From contig NC_042998.1 of NCBI RefSeq assembly GCF_006345805.1, positions 118,048,001 through 118,112,000 on the forward strand: a stretch of DNA of 64,000 nucleotides, given 5' to 3'. Position 1 is the stretch's first letter, and each line of letters opens with the position of its first letter. Below are positions 40,182-53,175 of this stretch, piece after piece. The translations under genes were made by a program, and so were the position numbers. The DNA is from Octopus sinensis (taxonomy: Eukaryota). The notes under the pieces were generated by a model that had not been told where the DNA came from, did no database searches, and saw nothing but the letters and a program-made list of their open reading frames with translations.

Positions 40182-40729
40182 ATATATATGCACAAACACG
40201 TACAAACACACACACAATCACATATTTGCATGTGTGTGTAAACTCAAGCGTTAAACGTTCCATATAAAAGGTATTGTGCATTTCGAAGGAAAGCAAATAA
40301 CATAGGAAAAAGAAGAGCAATATTTTCCATCATTTCTGCTTACGAAATGACTTGGGGCATTGATTCAAGATAAATATCTCAATTCCAAAGCCATTACCTT
40401 CCAACCGCAATCGATAAACATAATCTTCGCTCGGAGATGGGATTCCATCTGCTTGTCATAGGTTTTTGTCATATTAATAAATATTTTAATTTCATTGAAA
40501 ATAAAATCTCCAACCTCTTCAATAGAACTGAGCTTTGATTAAAACAGTTGAAGTCACTATCAGAAAATATTGACTCTAGGCAATTATTATATCGGAACGT
40601 TACGTCATAGATTCCCTCTAACACATAGTATGTTCCTCTCGCTCTCTCTCTTTCTCTCTCCCTCTTTAACAACCTCATATCTTTATATGTAATATATATA
40701 TATATATACATATATAAATATATATATAC

Positions 40730-40760
<31 letters not shown>

Positions 40761-40950
40761 CGTATATATATATATATATATATATATGCGTGTGTTTGCG
40801 TGAGTTTACGTATGTGTAGATATATATATATATATTATATATATATATATAATATATACTATATATAATACATATAACGTTATAATGTTTCATATATGTG
40901 TGTATATATATGTATATATATGTATATATGTATGTGTATGTATATATATG

Positions 40951-41004
<54 letters not shown>

Positions 41005-41043
41005 GTGTGTGTGTGTGTCTGAGTGTGTGTGTCTGTGTATTAT

Positions 41044-41260
41044 CTTTCACTAGTTTCAGTTTTGAAATTGTGTCCATACTGGGGCACCGGCTTTAAGAAC
41101 TTTTAGTTGAACGATTCTAATTTACATATATATATTTATATACGACAAATCAACTCACCATCCTATGGTCGATCTGACGCTATAGTAGAAGATACATTCA
41201 GAAGGTGCTCATTCAGTGGAACTGTACCCTGAATCATGTGGTTGGGAAGCTAATTCTTAA
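41044..41260 (-). mobile_element. Degenerate CORE-type SINE
   Basis: Similar to 9921-10274. Confidence 0.65.
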
Positions 41261-41309
41261 TATAAATATACAAACGTATATGTAGATCTATTGTGAATGA
41301 TATATACGT

Positions 41310-41356
<47 letters not shown>

Positions 41357-41363
41357 ATGAGTG

Positions 41364-41638
41364 ACCCTTGGATTGCACCTAAAATGTTACCTTCCGAGGC
41401 ACAATCCGGGCAAGGTTTTTTTTATGGAAGACCACCAGTCTCCCGTGCGTTCAGGCCTTCCCTCTCTACACTCCTCATGTTATCCGAGGGAAAAGCAAAA
41501 GCCGATTCAGCTTGGCACCAGTGATGTTGCAACTCATTTCTACAGCTGATGGACGTGAAATAAAGTGTCTTGCTCAAGAACCAACACGCAACCTCACGAT
41601 CGTAAGCTCGACTCTCTAACCACCGAGCCATGCACCTT

Positions 41639-41640
<2 letters not shown>
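41364..41640 (-). mobile_element. tRNA-derived SINE, third family
   Basis: Minus-strand head gtgaaggtgcatggctcggtggttagag (A box), ttcttgagcaagacactttatttcac core. Confidence 0.75.
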
Positions 41641-41674
<34 letters not shown>

Positions 41675-41762
41675 CATGTATGCATTCATGTTTGTATGAT
41701 TGTATGTATATATATATATATAAATATATACACATATACATTTACATATATGCATACATATG

Positions 41763-41832
<70 letters not shown>

Positions 41833-41918
41833 TTAGTTGAATATGGTACTCAAGATAAAGGCACCAGAATTTGGTATGGTATTATCCATGTAATTCAAAA
41901 TGGGATGATTATATTTTG

Positions 41919-41949
<31 letters not shown>

Positions 41950-44900
41950 TACGTATATGTGTGTGTACCTATTATGTGTGCATGTATATACAGACTGTTG
42001 TGGGTAAGTCAGTTATATATCGTAATGCAATCAAAATTATATAGGTAGCATGTTATATAAAGAACTTAGTATAAAGGATGCAATTTTGTGAAAGCATTAT
42101 CCATAAAAGCTACTCTATCCTAGCTGAAATATTCAATTGTTCTTGGATAATGCTTTTGTTTTTATTTCATTCTGCCAATAGACATTTTCCATATCGTAGA
42201 AAGCAATCAATATTAATTTCTTTATGGAAGAAAGAAGAGCCAATATTAATCCCTTAAATTATCTTGACTATAATTTGATGCCCTAGTCGAATTATTACAA
42301 GAAAATATGGAAAATACATTGTTCTTTCAAACGACTTTGATACTGTCGATTAAAAGGAGAGTTACACAGAAAATGAACTATCAGATAATAAGAAAAAAAG
42401 GTATTTTCAGAAACCAAAACAAAATTAATTATATTCAGAGAAAAGGGGTTGAGAATGACATGTTAATAAACAATTTATGGAAGAAAAATTTATAGGTTTT
42501 CTGAATTAATGATTAACACAACCTGAGAAAGACAGTTTTATAAGATATTTCCCATTTTTTTCTTATAAAGATAGTGCATATTCAAAAGAAAATTAGAATC
42601 AAAATAAACCGTATCACGGTATCCACCAGATAATCGGATGTTCTTTTACATCATTGATGAAAATGCACTTAACATCGTTTTAGTTTTGAAATGATGCAAC
42701 TCCGCTGGTTAGGTGCCTTTAAGTAAAAATCAGAAAGTGTGGAATATATAGCGGCTATGCATAGAATGTTGTGTGAATGTGTTGAAGTTCTTTCAAGAAT
42801 TCTGTACCATTGTAAGGGATATGTTTTCACTGTTATAAAAGAAAAATATAGTGACTATCCATTATAAACATTTAAGTGAATGTATCATAGAATTACTGGT
42901 ATATAACTATCGAACAAAACCCTGAGCATGCATATATGTGCGTGTGTGTGTGTGCTTATGCATATATGTGTGTGTGTGTGGGTGTGTGTGGGTGTGTGTG
43001 TGTGTGTATTCTTGCAGACATGCTTAATATTCATAATCATCATATTCAATTATAATTATAATAAATATACCTATGTTTAAGATATTGCTATTTTAGCAAA
43101 CAAACAATTAACAATAGTAAAGCAAAACAGAACTTAACACGAAGCCAACTTTATATAAGAGCAATGATTTCCAAAATAAGAAATATTTATAGGAAAGCGT
43201 GAATTACCATTCCTGCAAGATTTACAACAATATGTAATTAATTTGATGCGGTTATACTGCGAGAAACAGGTAACAAATGCGTCAAAAGTAATCTGGAATG
43301 TTAAACGTCCCACAAGAAAAGTGTACCTTATTTGCATATAAATATGAAGAAAATAATTTCCAATCATACATCATCCAATACACATTTGCACAATACAATT
43401 GAGACATGGAGCAGTATAAAGGAATACAAGAAACTAAAATATACACATTACTGTGTATTTTTAATATATAATTAACAGATCTCAGAACAGATAGAAAAAA
43501 GTCGTTCATAATACAATAGACTTAACTCAAAAGAAATTAATACAGACTAAATGAAAATAATGATTTCTTAGAAATAAATTAAAGCTGCATAGAGAGGTTC
43601 ACAATAAATAACACATAACACTTAGATACAAAACATAATACATGATAAATTGTCACATATGATTACTTCCCCATGAAATCGTACTTATAAATACCAAACA
43701 AAATCTCATGCAAACGTAAAGCCTATTTTATGACGACTAATTATATTAGAATTAGAGATTATATAAATTTTAAAACGTGTGCAATTGTTAGAACTCGTCC
43801 TTTAAAAGTTATCCACTTAAACCTACGCAGAGAAAAATATCATAAAACTATCTCAGGAGAAACATAGAGTGAATACGAATGACAAAAATAAAATTAATTA
43901 TTACACATTTAAAATACTTCACAAAGCTATGGATAATAAGAGAAAATCGAAACTATAATGAAATAAAATTACGCTGTTCCTCGATATTGTTATTAAATGA
44001 ATACAAATATTATTATAGTAAACTAGCAAATTCACGGAGAATCTTAAACGTTAGTGATGGAAGCTAGAATTAATCTTAAAAAGATAAAATGTTTTGCTCT
44101 AGCTTGTTTAAGAAAATCGAAAGAAAATAAATTGTTAAAATTGAATGAGAAAACACTATACGTTACTTAGCAGAATATGGTCTAATTTTCAAAATGAAAA
44201 AAAAAATTATGAAAATAATTTCTAATAACATACAAATGCAATATATTCTGAAATTTGAACGAAATGAATGACTTTAATCAAGAGCTTCCAAAAACGATAA
44301 TTTGGTAAACAAATGTTTCTTCAATTTATCTTTTTATGAATTCGTCTGAATGGATATGGGAAATGCACATAAAATTTTTCAGTTTGCTTTTCAGACCAGA
44401 GACATTTAACGAGGTATACATCACTAAATAGTATTGTTAAAATGGATGATAGATTAAGTGCACTAGTGAAGAAATTAATAGATGTTTTAAATAGGCTAGC
44501 ACACAGATTCCGTTCTCCATATTTAACACACAAAAGTTTGGTCAAACTGAAGCATGGTATTATTCACTTCTTCAAGGAAGAATATATTTCACAGTAATTC
44601 CGAATTTTCGGCTAATTACGTCATCATCAAGCTGCAGTCCGACGACAGCTTAAATGGCCGAAACTGTCAACAATATTCTTCTTAATGAATACATATTTAC
44701 TCTACAGAAGTCAGGCTTTAGAATAATATACTACTACTTTTATTATAACGAAGCACACACACACACGTGTATGTGTGTCTGCTTGTGTGATGTATGTTTC
44801 ATGGATATATATTAAAAATCGATGCTTTCATAGCTTCAATCTTAGGCTTTCTTAATTTAACTTTTTCGGCACCCACGAACGTCTTATAATTAAAAGATAT

Positions 44901-45283
44901 ATATTTAATATAAACATAATATAAATACATATCTAAATTATGTTATATAAAACGCTTCACACAGACAGAGAAAAGTATTCTTTCCCAATTAAAATGCTAT
45001 TGAAAACATAATAGCTTTCTTTCGTATCTTTATAAGTTATAACTTATTGCTACATATTTTAGATTGCCTACAATCTATATATTTAAATAAGCATTAGAGT
45101 GTGGAAGGAGACTGGAAAATATTTTACTTCCAGAAATTTTTTATTGCGCCCGCAGCTGATGGATTATTACATATACTGTCGAAAGTAGTAAAACAATACA
45201 TGTTGATGGTTTGTAGTTTTACCTTGTGATTCAGATTTACGTCTGCCTCAAAAAATCTTCAGAAAAAGTTGTTGCTAACTGAC

Positions 45284-45497
45284 CTGTCTGGCCTGTAATG
45301 TGTGTACGTGTGAGCGTATAAAGTTTGTACTGCGTTGTTGCAATGGAAAATCAAGTGCATGCAGTTTGAATCTGTTGTTACTACATGGGGTGCACTTGTT
45401 AAATATAAGGGCTCTTTTTATTCTCAAGTTTCCAATGTTTCCATTAAAGCGAAGATAGATATGTAACGGTTTCCTTTTGATGAAACCGATCATGTTG
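45284..45497 (-). CDS. Candidate first coding exon, unknown gene; peptide resembles a mitochondrial presequence
   Basis: Acceptor ttgttccttttatctcttttgtttag, CAAC-ATG context, 70 open codons MIGFIKRKPLHIYLRF...LQARQ with one acidic residue, donor CAG|gtcagt in phase 0. No homology recognised. Confidence 0.35.
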
Positions 45498-48400
45498 CTA
45501 AACAAAAGAGATAAAAGGAACAATAGATTGGTTGATGAGATCTGAAACTTATCATAGGTCCATGTATATGCATAGTAGTTTGAATATTGAGATAACACAG
45601 TGAGTATTCCAACTTCACACGGTACAAAAGCACTGTAACATAAAGTGATATAACTTAAAAATAGATGGTAGAGAGTTCACGGTACTTAGAGAAATTCCTA
45701 GCAAAAAGAACATACAGCAGAAAACCACATGCAGGGTTGTGCCCTTGCTACTGTAGTTGAATAGGGACATGCCGTCTGTGCACATAAATATCTCTTCAAT
45801 GTCTTGTAGTACGACTCTTAAAAGGCATTTAACTCCATAAACTCGACTTCTACAGATCCCTAGTGTTGCTTAACGAGACTTAATTAGTTTTCGGACATAG
45901 AAATATGAAAGATGCGGAAGCTAAACAAATGTTCAACATAAATATAGCCTTCCAACTGTAAATATTTGTTTTCGTTTATCTTAAAACGAAAGCCTAATCT
46001 TAATCCAATATCAATAATTTGAACCTATCCCAAAATATTAATCATATTCTGAAATATACGTGTAACCCGAATCTCTAAACACCAACTGTAAATTCCCAAA
46101 TTCAATCATTTTATTAAAATCATTCACAAACATTAATCTAATAAAAAACCTAGCCTTTAAGTTTAAAGATATATCTTGAATGTAGACGTATAACTCAAAC
46201 ACTTTACCTATCCCAAATCGTCATTAAAAATTTTATTTGTATCTTAAATTGCAATGTTTAGTGAATAATCCTGCTATATTTTTTAGACCATCAATAATTA
46301 ATTCTGAAAATAAATTGCTTTAAAACAGAATTTCGAAATGTGAGACTTGCTTTTATTTATTTATTTATTTATTCATTCATTCATTCGTTTCTTTATTTCG
46401 TTCAAAGCATTGTTTTGTGTCTGAGTCTGTGCATTAGCAACTTTTTGATTTGTAACGAAGAGTTGCTGGTACGGACATGATTTTCTAAGAGGAAATAAAC
46501 CAGAAGAGATCACTTTCTTTGGAAATGGCAGAGTAATCCTATCTGTATGGGTTGATGTTTCCTCTGAATTACCATTGGTGGAATGTTCCGTTATTGGGAA
46601 AGTTATTGCCGTTGACAATTTTAAAACTCTGTTTTAATATATTTTCTTATATATTTTCTTATATCTTTTTTTTGTGGGCACCTTTGGCCCATGATATTAT
46701 TCATATTTTTCTTACTTGCATATTAGCAAGTGCTATCTAAGAGGTCTTTGGAAACCCACGGCAAAACTCTATTCCACAGGACAAAATTAGTGAAATAATA
46801 TATTCTCTGTTCTGGCACTCTCTGCACTCAATATTTAATTCCTTCCTACTGGTGGTCACAACAATATTTACGAGTAATAACGCCTCTTAAATGAAAAAAT
46901 TGATATCATAGGCAATGAAACATCCTTTGAAATTACATATCGTAGCATTAAACTAGCTACAACTATTTTAGATTCATAAAACGGATCGATAAAATTTAGC
47001 AAAATATTTATAGTTCTTCTCTATCAGCAAAAACTGTAAAAGCAAATAGACAGATAAATAAAGAACTAAATATTTAACCAATATTTCTCTAACCTAAATG
47101 ATTGATCGCCTATTACCAAAGTCACTTTCATTAGTTATGCGGATGCATTTTGCTTTTGTTTTTTTCTATTGATTTCCTTCTATCATGTTCGTAAATTTTT
47201 AAATAATAATGTGCACTAGTTCACCTTGTTGGGTTTTAATTATTTGAAACGCAAGGAATGTATCATTTATCACCAACAAATGTATTGGAAATAAAAACAC
47301 ACATTGAAAATTTTAAAAATACAAAGTAAAAGGAAAAGGTGGATGGAGAAGGGAGGAGTACGAAAACAGTAAATAGCGAAGATGATTCAGATGAACTGTT
47401 GGGAAAAATAGATACACTGGTATAGAAACACTGAGAAAAAAATAAGTCACAATGAGAAAACATAAAAAAAGAAATAGAATAAATATATGCATACTCAAAC
47501 TCACATATCTGCACACGCACACGTAAATACCCATACATGCATATTGATAGATAAGAATATCGACTTACAAACTCCGATGCGATAGAGGTGAATGGGAATT
47601 ATTATTAGCTGTGAATAAATAATGATGGAGGAAGAACAAATAATTAAGAGATTCAAGTGAAGGCATACAGATATTTCATAAAATGAAGTTAATTCACAAA
47701 ATAAATGTGCAAATAATAATAATTGTGTGTGTGCTTGTGTATGTATGTGTGAGCCTGTGTCTGTGTGTGCGTGCGCGCAAGGAATACGAATTATGAATAA
47801 AGGGATGAAATATGAGAGATAAAGTATTAGAAGACAACATATGTGAAAGGAGTAAAAAAGATAAAATAGAAATTGTGGGATTAAAATAGATTTAGACGAA
47901 GCAGAATGCAAAGAGTGTTATGATGACTATAGAAGACATCAGTTGTTCGATATAAAGTATTCGAGGAAGGTGGGTAGGAAGATAGAAAATAACTGAAACC
48001 TCAGAAACAGCTATGAACGGAGAGTGAGAGGCAGACAGAGAGAGAGAGAGAGAAAGGGAAGGAGAAAGAGACTCGTAAGATTCAGGAGAAAGAAGTGTTT
48101 ATGACGCCGTTTCTTAATTACTTGACTGCTGAAAATAAATATAAATGGTTGAACTCAAGATCATATTTTATGTAAATATAACAACATCAATCTATTTGTT
48201 ACGTATTTTATTTCATTCATTACATTTACTTTTTAAGTTTTGTTTATTTATCATTTTGACATTACTGAAAGAAAAATTGACTGGCAACAATTGTTCTATT
48301 TTCAGAATGCATTATATTTTCCATTAAAATTAATTGCATAAAATTTGTTTCAATTTCACTTTCCTGCAAATACTTCATATTACTTTAGGAAATGTATATT

Positions 48401-48754
48401 TCAATTATAAGTGTAGCTTCTTGAAGTAGGCTGTTGGTGGGGCGTTTATGTGCCTGCGAGTGAATGTGTATGTGAATTTCTGTGTATGTGTGTGTTTTTC
48501 TGTTTATATTATGTATTATTACACCTCATCAGATTGATACACATTCATTCATTTAACAAAACACAAATAATGAATAAATAAGCAGGAATAATGGTGTTAT
48601 TTAGTTGAAAATATTACAGAAAAATATACGTCTTTGTAGGGTACATGCAGAGGGAGACAATTATAAACATAACACTTAAGGGGAAAACAAATTGTAACAA
48701 AGAAACTAACAGATATGCAGATATTGAATATGACTATACATACACACACGCATT

Positions 48755-48836
48755 CATACATACATGCATACATACATACATACATACATACATACATACA
48801 TACATACATACATACATACATACATACATACATACA
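48755..48836. repeat. (CATA)n microsatellite
   Basis: Direct inspection. Confidence 0.95.
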
Positions 48837-49177
48837 TGTAAACATGCGTTTACACCAATACGTATGTGTGTTTGTTTGTATGTATAGGGCAATGAGCGTC
48901 TATGTTTTTGTGTGCAATTGTCTGCGCGGATGCATGTGTGTGGCTGTGTGTGTATTTGTGCATGAGCGTCTTTTTTGAAGTACTGTATTTAATCCCGACA
49001 TTTATCACATATGCATACAAAAACGTACGCATACATACATCCATCCATCCATCCATAATACATGCATACATTCATACATACATATACATCCATACAAACA
49101 TACATACATACATACATACATACATGCATGCATACATACATACACACATACATACATACATACATGCATATATATAT

Positions 49178-49270
49178 GGTGTGCTGGCAGAATCGTTAAT
49201 ACGCCGGCCGAAATACCCAGCGGTATTTCGCCAGTCGCTACGCTCTGAGTTCAAATTCCACTAAGGTCTA
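49178..49270 (+). mobile_element. SINE tRNA-derived head, 3'-truncated
   Basis: gctggcagaatcgttaatacgccggccgaaatac...ctgagttcaaattccactaaggtc; same family as 21843-22074. Confidence 0.85.
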
Positions 49271-49273
49271 AGG

Positions 49274-49293
49274 TGTGTGTGTGTGTGTGTATG

Positions 49294-49339
<46 letters not shown>

Positions 49340-49758
49340 GTGTGTGTGTGTGTGTGTGTATGTATACATATGCTTATTTCTATATGTATACCTGCATAAA
49401 CATACATCTATGTAGACAGATAGATTGATATAAAATAGAATGCATTAGAAATATATATAAAACCATAACCCAAAAGAGTCATTCTTCGTTCATCTTATAA
49501 TTAAGTTTTAATTAAGACATAAAATGTAATCAATATGCAATCTATAAAGGAGCATTTCAATTTACTTCATATAAATAGAATTGTTAAATACAGAAATAAG
49601 TTGTAAAGTTAGTAAATTATGTTTGCATAACATACATTAAAAATGTAGCAATAAGTCTATGACGTAGAACTGTTTTCTTCACTCATTTAATCTACGTTTC
49701 CCAAAACAGCAATATGTATACTTACATATATATATATATATATTATATATATATATAT

Positions 49759-49798
<40 letters not shown>

Positions 49799-49817
49799 GT
49801 GTGTGTGTGTGTGTATG

Positions 49818-49887
<70 letters not shown>

Positions 49888-50260
49888 ATACATATGCTTA
49901 TTTCTATATGTATACCTGCATAAACATACATCTATGTAGACAGATAGATTGATATAAAATAGAAATGCATTAGAAATATATATAAAACCATAACCCAAAA
50001 GAGTCATTCTTCGTTCATCTTATAATTAAGTTTTAATTAAGACATAAAATGTAATCAATATGCAATCTATAAAGGAGCATTTCAATTTACTTCATATAAA
50101 TAGAATTGTTAAATACAGAAATAAGTTGTAAAGTTAGTAAATTATGTTTGCATAACATACATTAAAAATGTAGCAATAAGTCTATGACGTAGAACTGTTT
50201 TCTTCACTCATTTAATCTACGTTTCCCAAAACAGCAATATGTATACTTACATATATATAT

Positions 50261-50290
<30 letters not shown>
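49274..50290. repeat. Near-identical ~525-bp tandem duplication bounded by microsatellites
   Basis: 49367-49730 repeats at 49891-50255 with only a one-base indel seen in the unique part. Confidence 0.95.
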
Positions 50291-50294
<4 letters not shown>

Positions 50295-50404
50295 AATATA
50301 TATGTTAAAATTATAAATTAGGGTATCTACGAGATAGTACCATGCTGAAAATAACAGCCATGATCGACTCTAAAACCACCTTAAGTTTTCATATAGCAAC
50401 ATGT

Positions 50405-50473
50405 AGAGAAGACAAAGAGACAAGATGAAACTAGTAATTTTTAATAGTTTCATCTTGTCTCTTTGTCTTCTCT
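50405..50473. repeat. Perfect 29-bp-arm hairpin
   Basis: agagaagacaaagagacaagatgaaacta-gtaatttttaa-tagtttcatcttgtctctttgtcttctct. Confidence 0.97.
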
Positions 50474-50477
50474 CCAC

Positions 50478-50915
50478 GCAAACATTTTGTAACTGTTCCA
50501 CTGGAATTCTATTCCAATTTCTTTTATATTCTTCTAGGTGCCTTCTGAAACTGTTCCCAAGGACCCAACAATAATTGCCACTATCTTCACATTCTTCATT
50601 TTCTATAGCTAAGCTATTTTGTACTTAAGAGGGTTGTTTCTATCTATCTTTTGGCTTTCCCTCCTGACTACTCGAGAGTCAAAGGGGCATGAAACATCAA
50701 CTATATAGCATATGTGGTGCACCTTGTCCACCACCACAAGGTCTGGTCTGTTATACTCTAGCACCTGATCTGTTTCGATTGGGAAATCCCTGATGATTTT
50801 GTCAATCTCCGACTCCGACACACTTTGCGGTTCGTACTCTTACAACATCCTGCTTTCTCTTGCCCCCACCTTTTGCACATTTTCCAATGTATCACTTTCA
50901 CTATCTGGTCGTGTA
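50478..50915 (-). mobile_element. RLE-clade LINE endonuclease fragment
   Basis: RDFPIETDQVLEYNRPDLVVVDK...IVDVSCPFD...K (PD-(D/E)xK restriction-like endonuclease). Confidence 0.88.
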
Positions 50916-51675
50916 GCCATAACTTCTTATTATTATTATCATTATTGTCGTTGTTGTTGGTGGTGGTTGTCTTCTTGTTGTTGTTGTTGGTGGTGGTGGT
51001 GGTAGTGGTGGTGGTGCTATTTTCCTTATAGTAGTTAAAGCATTACAACAGAATAAAAGATGTGAACCATTGTGCCAAGAGTTATTAATTTTATCTTTAA
51101 GCATCATTTGAATTCTATGTAAACGGAGAAATGAAGATTATAAATTGTATTAATAAGATAACATGCATTAATTATAAACAAATTGATATCATCAAAAACG
51201 ATAATTATTCGCATTTATTCTTAGAGTCTGAAAGCACACATCATTAGCGCTTAGAATTGTCTACGATATTCATAAAATAGTCGGATTTAACATGGTTTTA
51301 TTTATAAATCTTTCGGCAAAACATTTCCAACTAAAAGGTGTAAATAATGTATTATTACATTGCAAAAGCACGAGAAGTGTCACTTGGATATAAATATATA
51401 TATATAAATATATATATTTGTTTAAAAATTCCAAATCCGTACATATTCTCTGATGAAGGAACTGTGGATTACTGAAGTTCAAAATGTTTTACCGACACAC
51501 TTCTTCGCACATTCGCGGATATGGCCGTAAGATTCTTTCTATTTATTGGATACATTTGAGGACTCAACGTTTGTATTATATTGAACTGTTACCTCATCAG
51601 CTTGGACTTCTTAACTTATCTTTATGTATTCGAGCAAATACTTATCGAACTTTCATTTGGGCACGGAATTACACT

Positions 51676-51716
<41 letters not shown>

Positions 51717-51717
<1 letters not shown>

Positions 51718-51845
51718 ACGGTTAAATTTGTTTTTATTTTTCATTCCTTCGAAATTTTATCCCTAATGGTGGTTTGGAAGTTAAGTGTCCTCTCTAGCGT
51801 GCAGGTAGCCTTAAGCTGGATACCTCTTATGTGCTTAAATTTACA

Positions 51846-51891
<46 letters not shown>

Positions 51892-52434
51892 TGTATAGTC
51901 GATTGACTAAATTTCTGCAGGCTAGGCCACAGGTAATGGAAAATACTAATATTTCGGATGACCCTTTGAAGGATTTTTTATTATTGATAATTTTTCCTGG
52001 ATAATTTTCGAAATGAAAAAGCCGGCATATTTATTTAGTGCCAACAAAAAAGCTGCGCTTGCGCGGTAGATTTGAAGAATTAGAATGTATTAGCACGGGG
52101 CATATACTGGATTGCCTCGTGTATATATATTAAATCGAAAGTGTACCTACTGACGAAGGCTTCGCCTAGCAAATTATTTTATTTGCTAAAAAATGTCTGA
52201 AACCATTGGTCCAGAAGATAGATGGTAAATTTTTCATTCCCTTCGAAATGTTATCCCTAATAGTGGTTTGCAATTTAACTACCCTCTCTAGCGTGCAGGT
52301 AGCCCTATGATGGATATCACTTGTGTGTTTAAATGTAGACTGTATTTATATGAATAATATATAGTGTATTGACTAAATTTTCACACACTAGGCCACTGGA
52401 AATGGAAATTTCTAATATTTCAGATTACCCTTTG

Positions 52435-52435
<1 letters not shown>
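51717..52435 (+). mobile_element. Partial-tandem non-coding element with hammerhead (52150-52211)
   Basis: Diverged direct repeats 51717-51969 and 52221-52435; between them CUGACGA-AGGC...GUCU-GAAAC-C-auu-G-GUC; TA tracts at both ends. Confidence 0.6.
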
Positions 52436-52531
<96 letters not shown>

Positions 52532-52587
52532 ATGTGTTTGTGTGTGTGTGTGTGTAAATATAATATGTGACAATTATTCGGCAGCCA

Positions 52588-52650
52588 TGATGAAACTCCG
52601 AATTTCGGAGGCAGAGTTGGAAATCCACGCCGCCATCTCTTCAGTTACCC
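52588..52650 (-). ncRNA. Degenerate type I hammerhead motif
   Basis: CUGAAGA, imperfect stem II (GGCGG...CUGCC), GAAA-UUCGGAG-UU. Confidence 0.45.
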
Positions 52651-52899
52651 GGCCATCGGAAAAATGCTAGCAAAAATGACCGTTATACAAAGGGAAATTA
52701 CTGTGTGAGTGACCGTTATTAAGACAAAAGAGCTATTAGAATGACCGCTAAATGAGGGGAGGGAGTACAAGTAAGGGGGTAAAAATTTTATAGTATTCGC
52801 GTAAGCGCGCATATTCATACCTACACATGCGATCCCGCACACCCACATGCGTGCGCCTAAAAGTATACATTCATCTAAAGGAGTGTACAAAGAGTAAAC

Positions 52900-53175
52900 C
52901 ATGTCTATATACGCACATACCCGTATGCACGCACACACACACGCGCCTATATACGCACATACCCGCCCACATCTGTATACGCCCCCACACACGCGCGCAC
53001 AAAAAAGATCATACATACGTCTATACACAAGAAAAAACAACGTTAAAAGCAAAAATACAGGAAAATGTGTAATGCCACTGAGTAAAACACGTCTATATAC
53101 GCACATACTCGCATGCACGCACACATACACACGCACGCACACAAGAATCCATATACACGTCTATATACGCACAGG
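52900..53175. repeat. Diverged minisatellite (ctatatacgcacatacccg-like units)
   Basis: About six decayed copies separated by CA-rich spacers. Confidence 0.7.

Noticed and set aside
43193-43269. Exon-like segment KRELPFLQDLQQYVINLMRLYCEKQ
   Set aside because: Comparable splice-like signals occur on both strands; cannot be resolved without RNA data.
51450-51490. CTGATGA-A-GGAACT...AGTTC hammerhead-like motif
   Set aside because: GAAA core and cleavage triplet missing; at most a relic.
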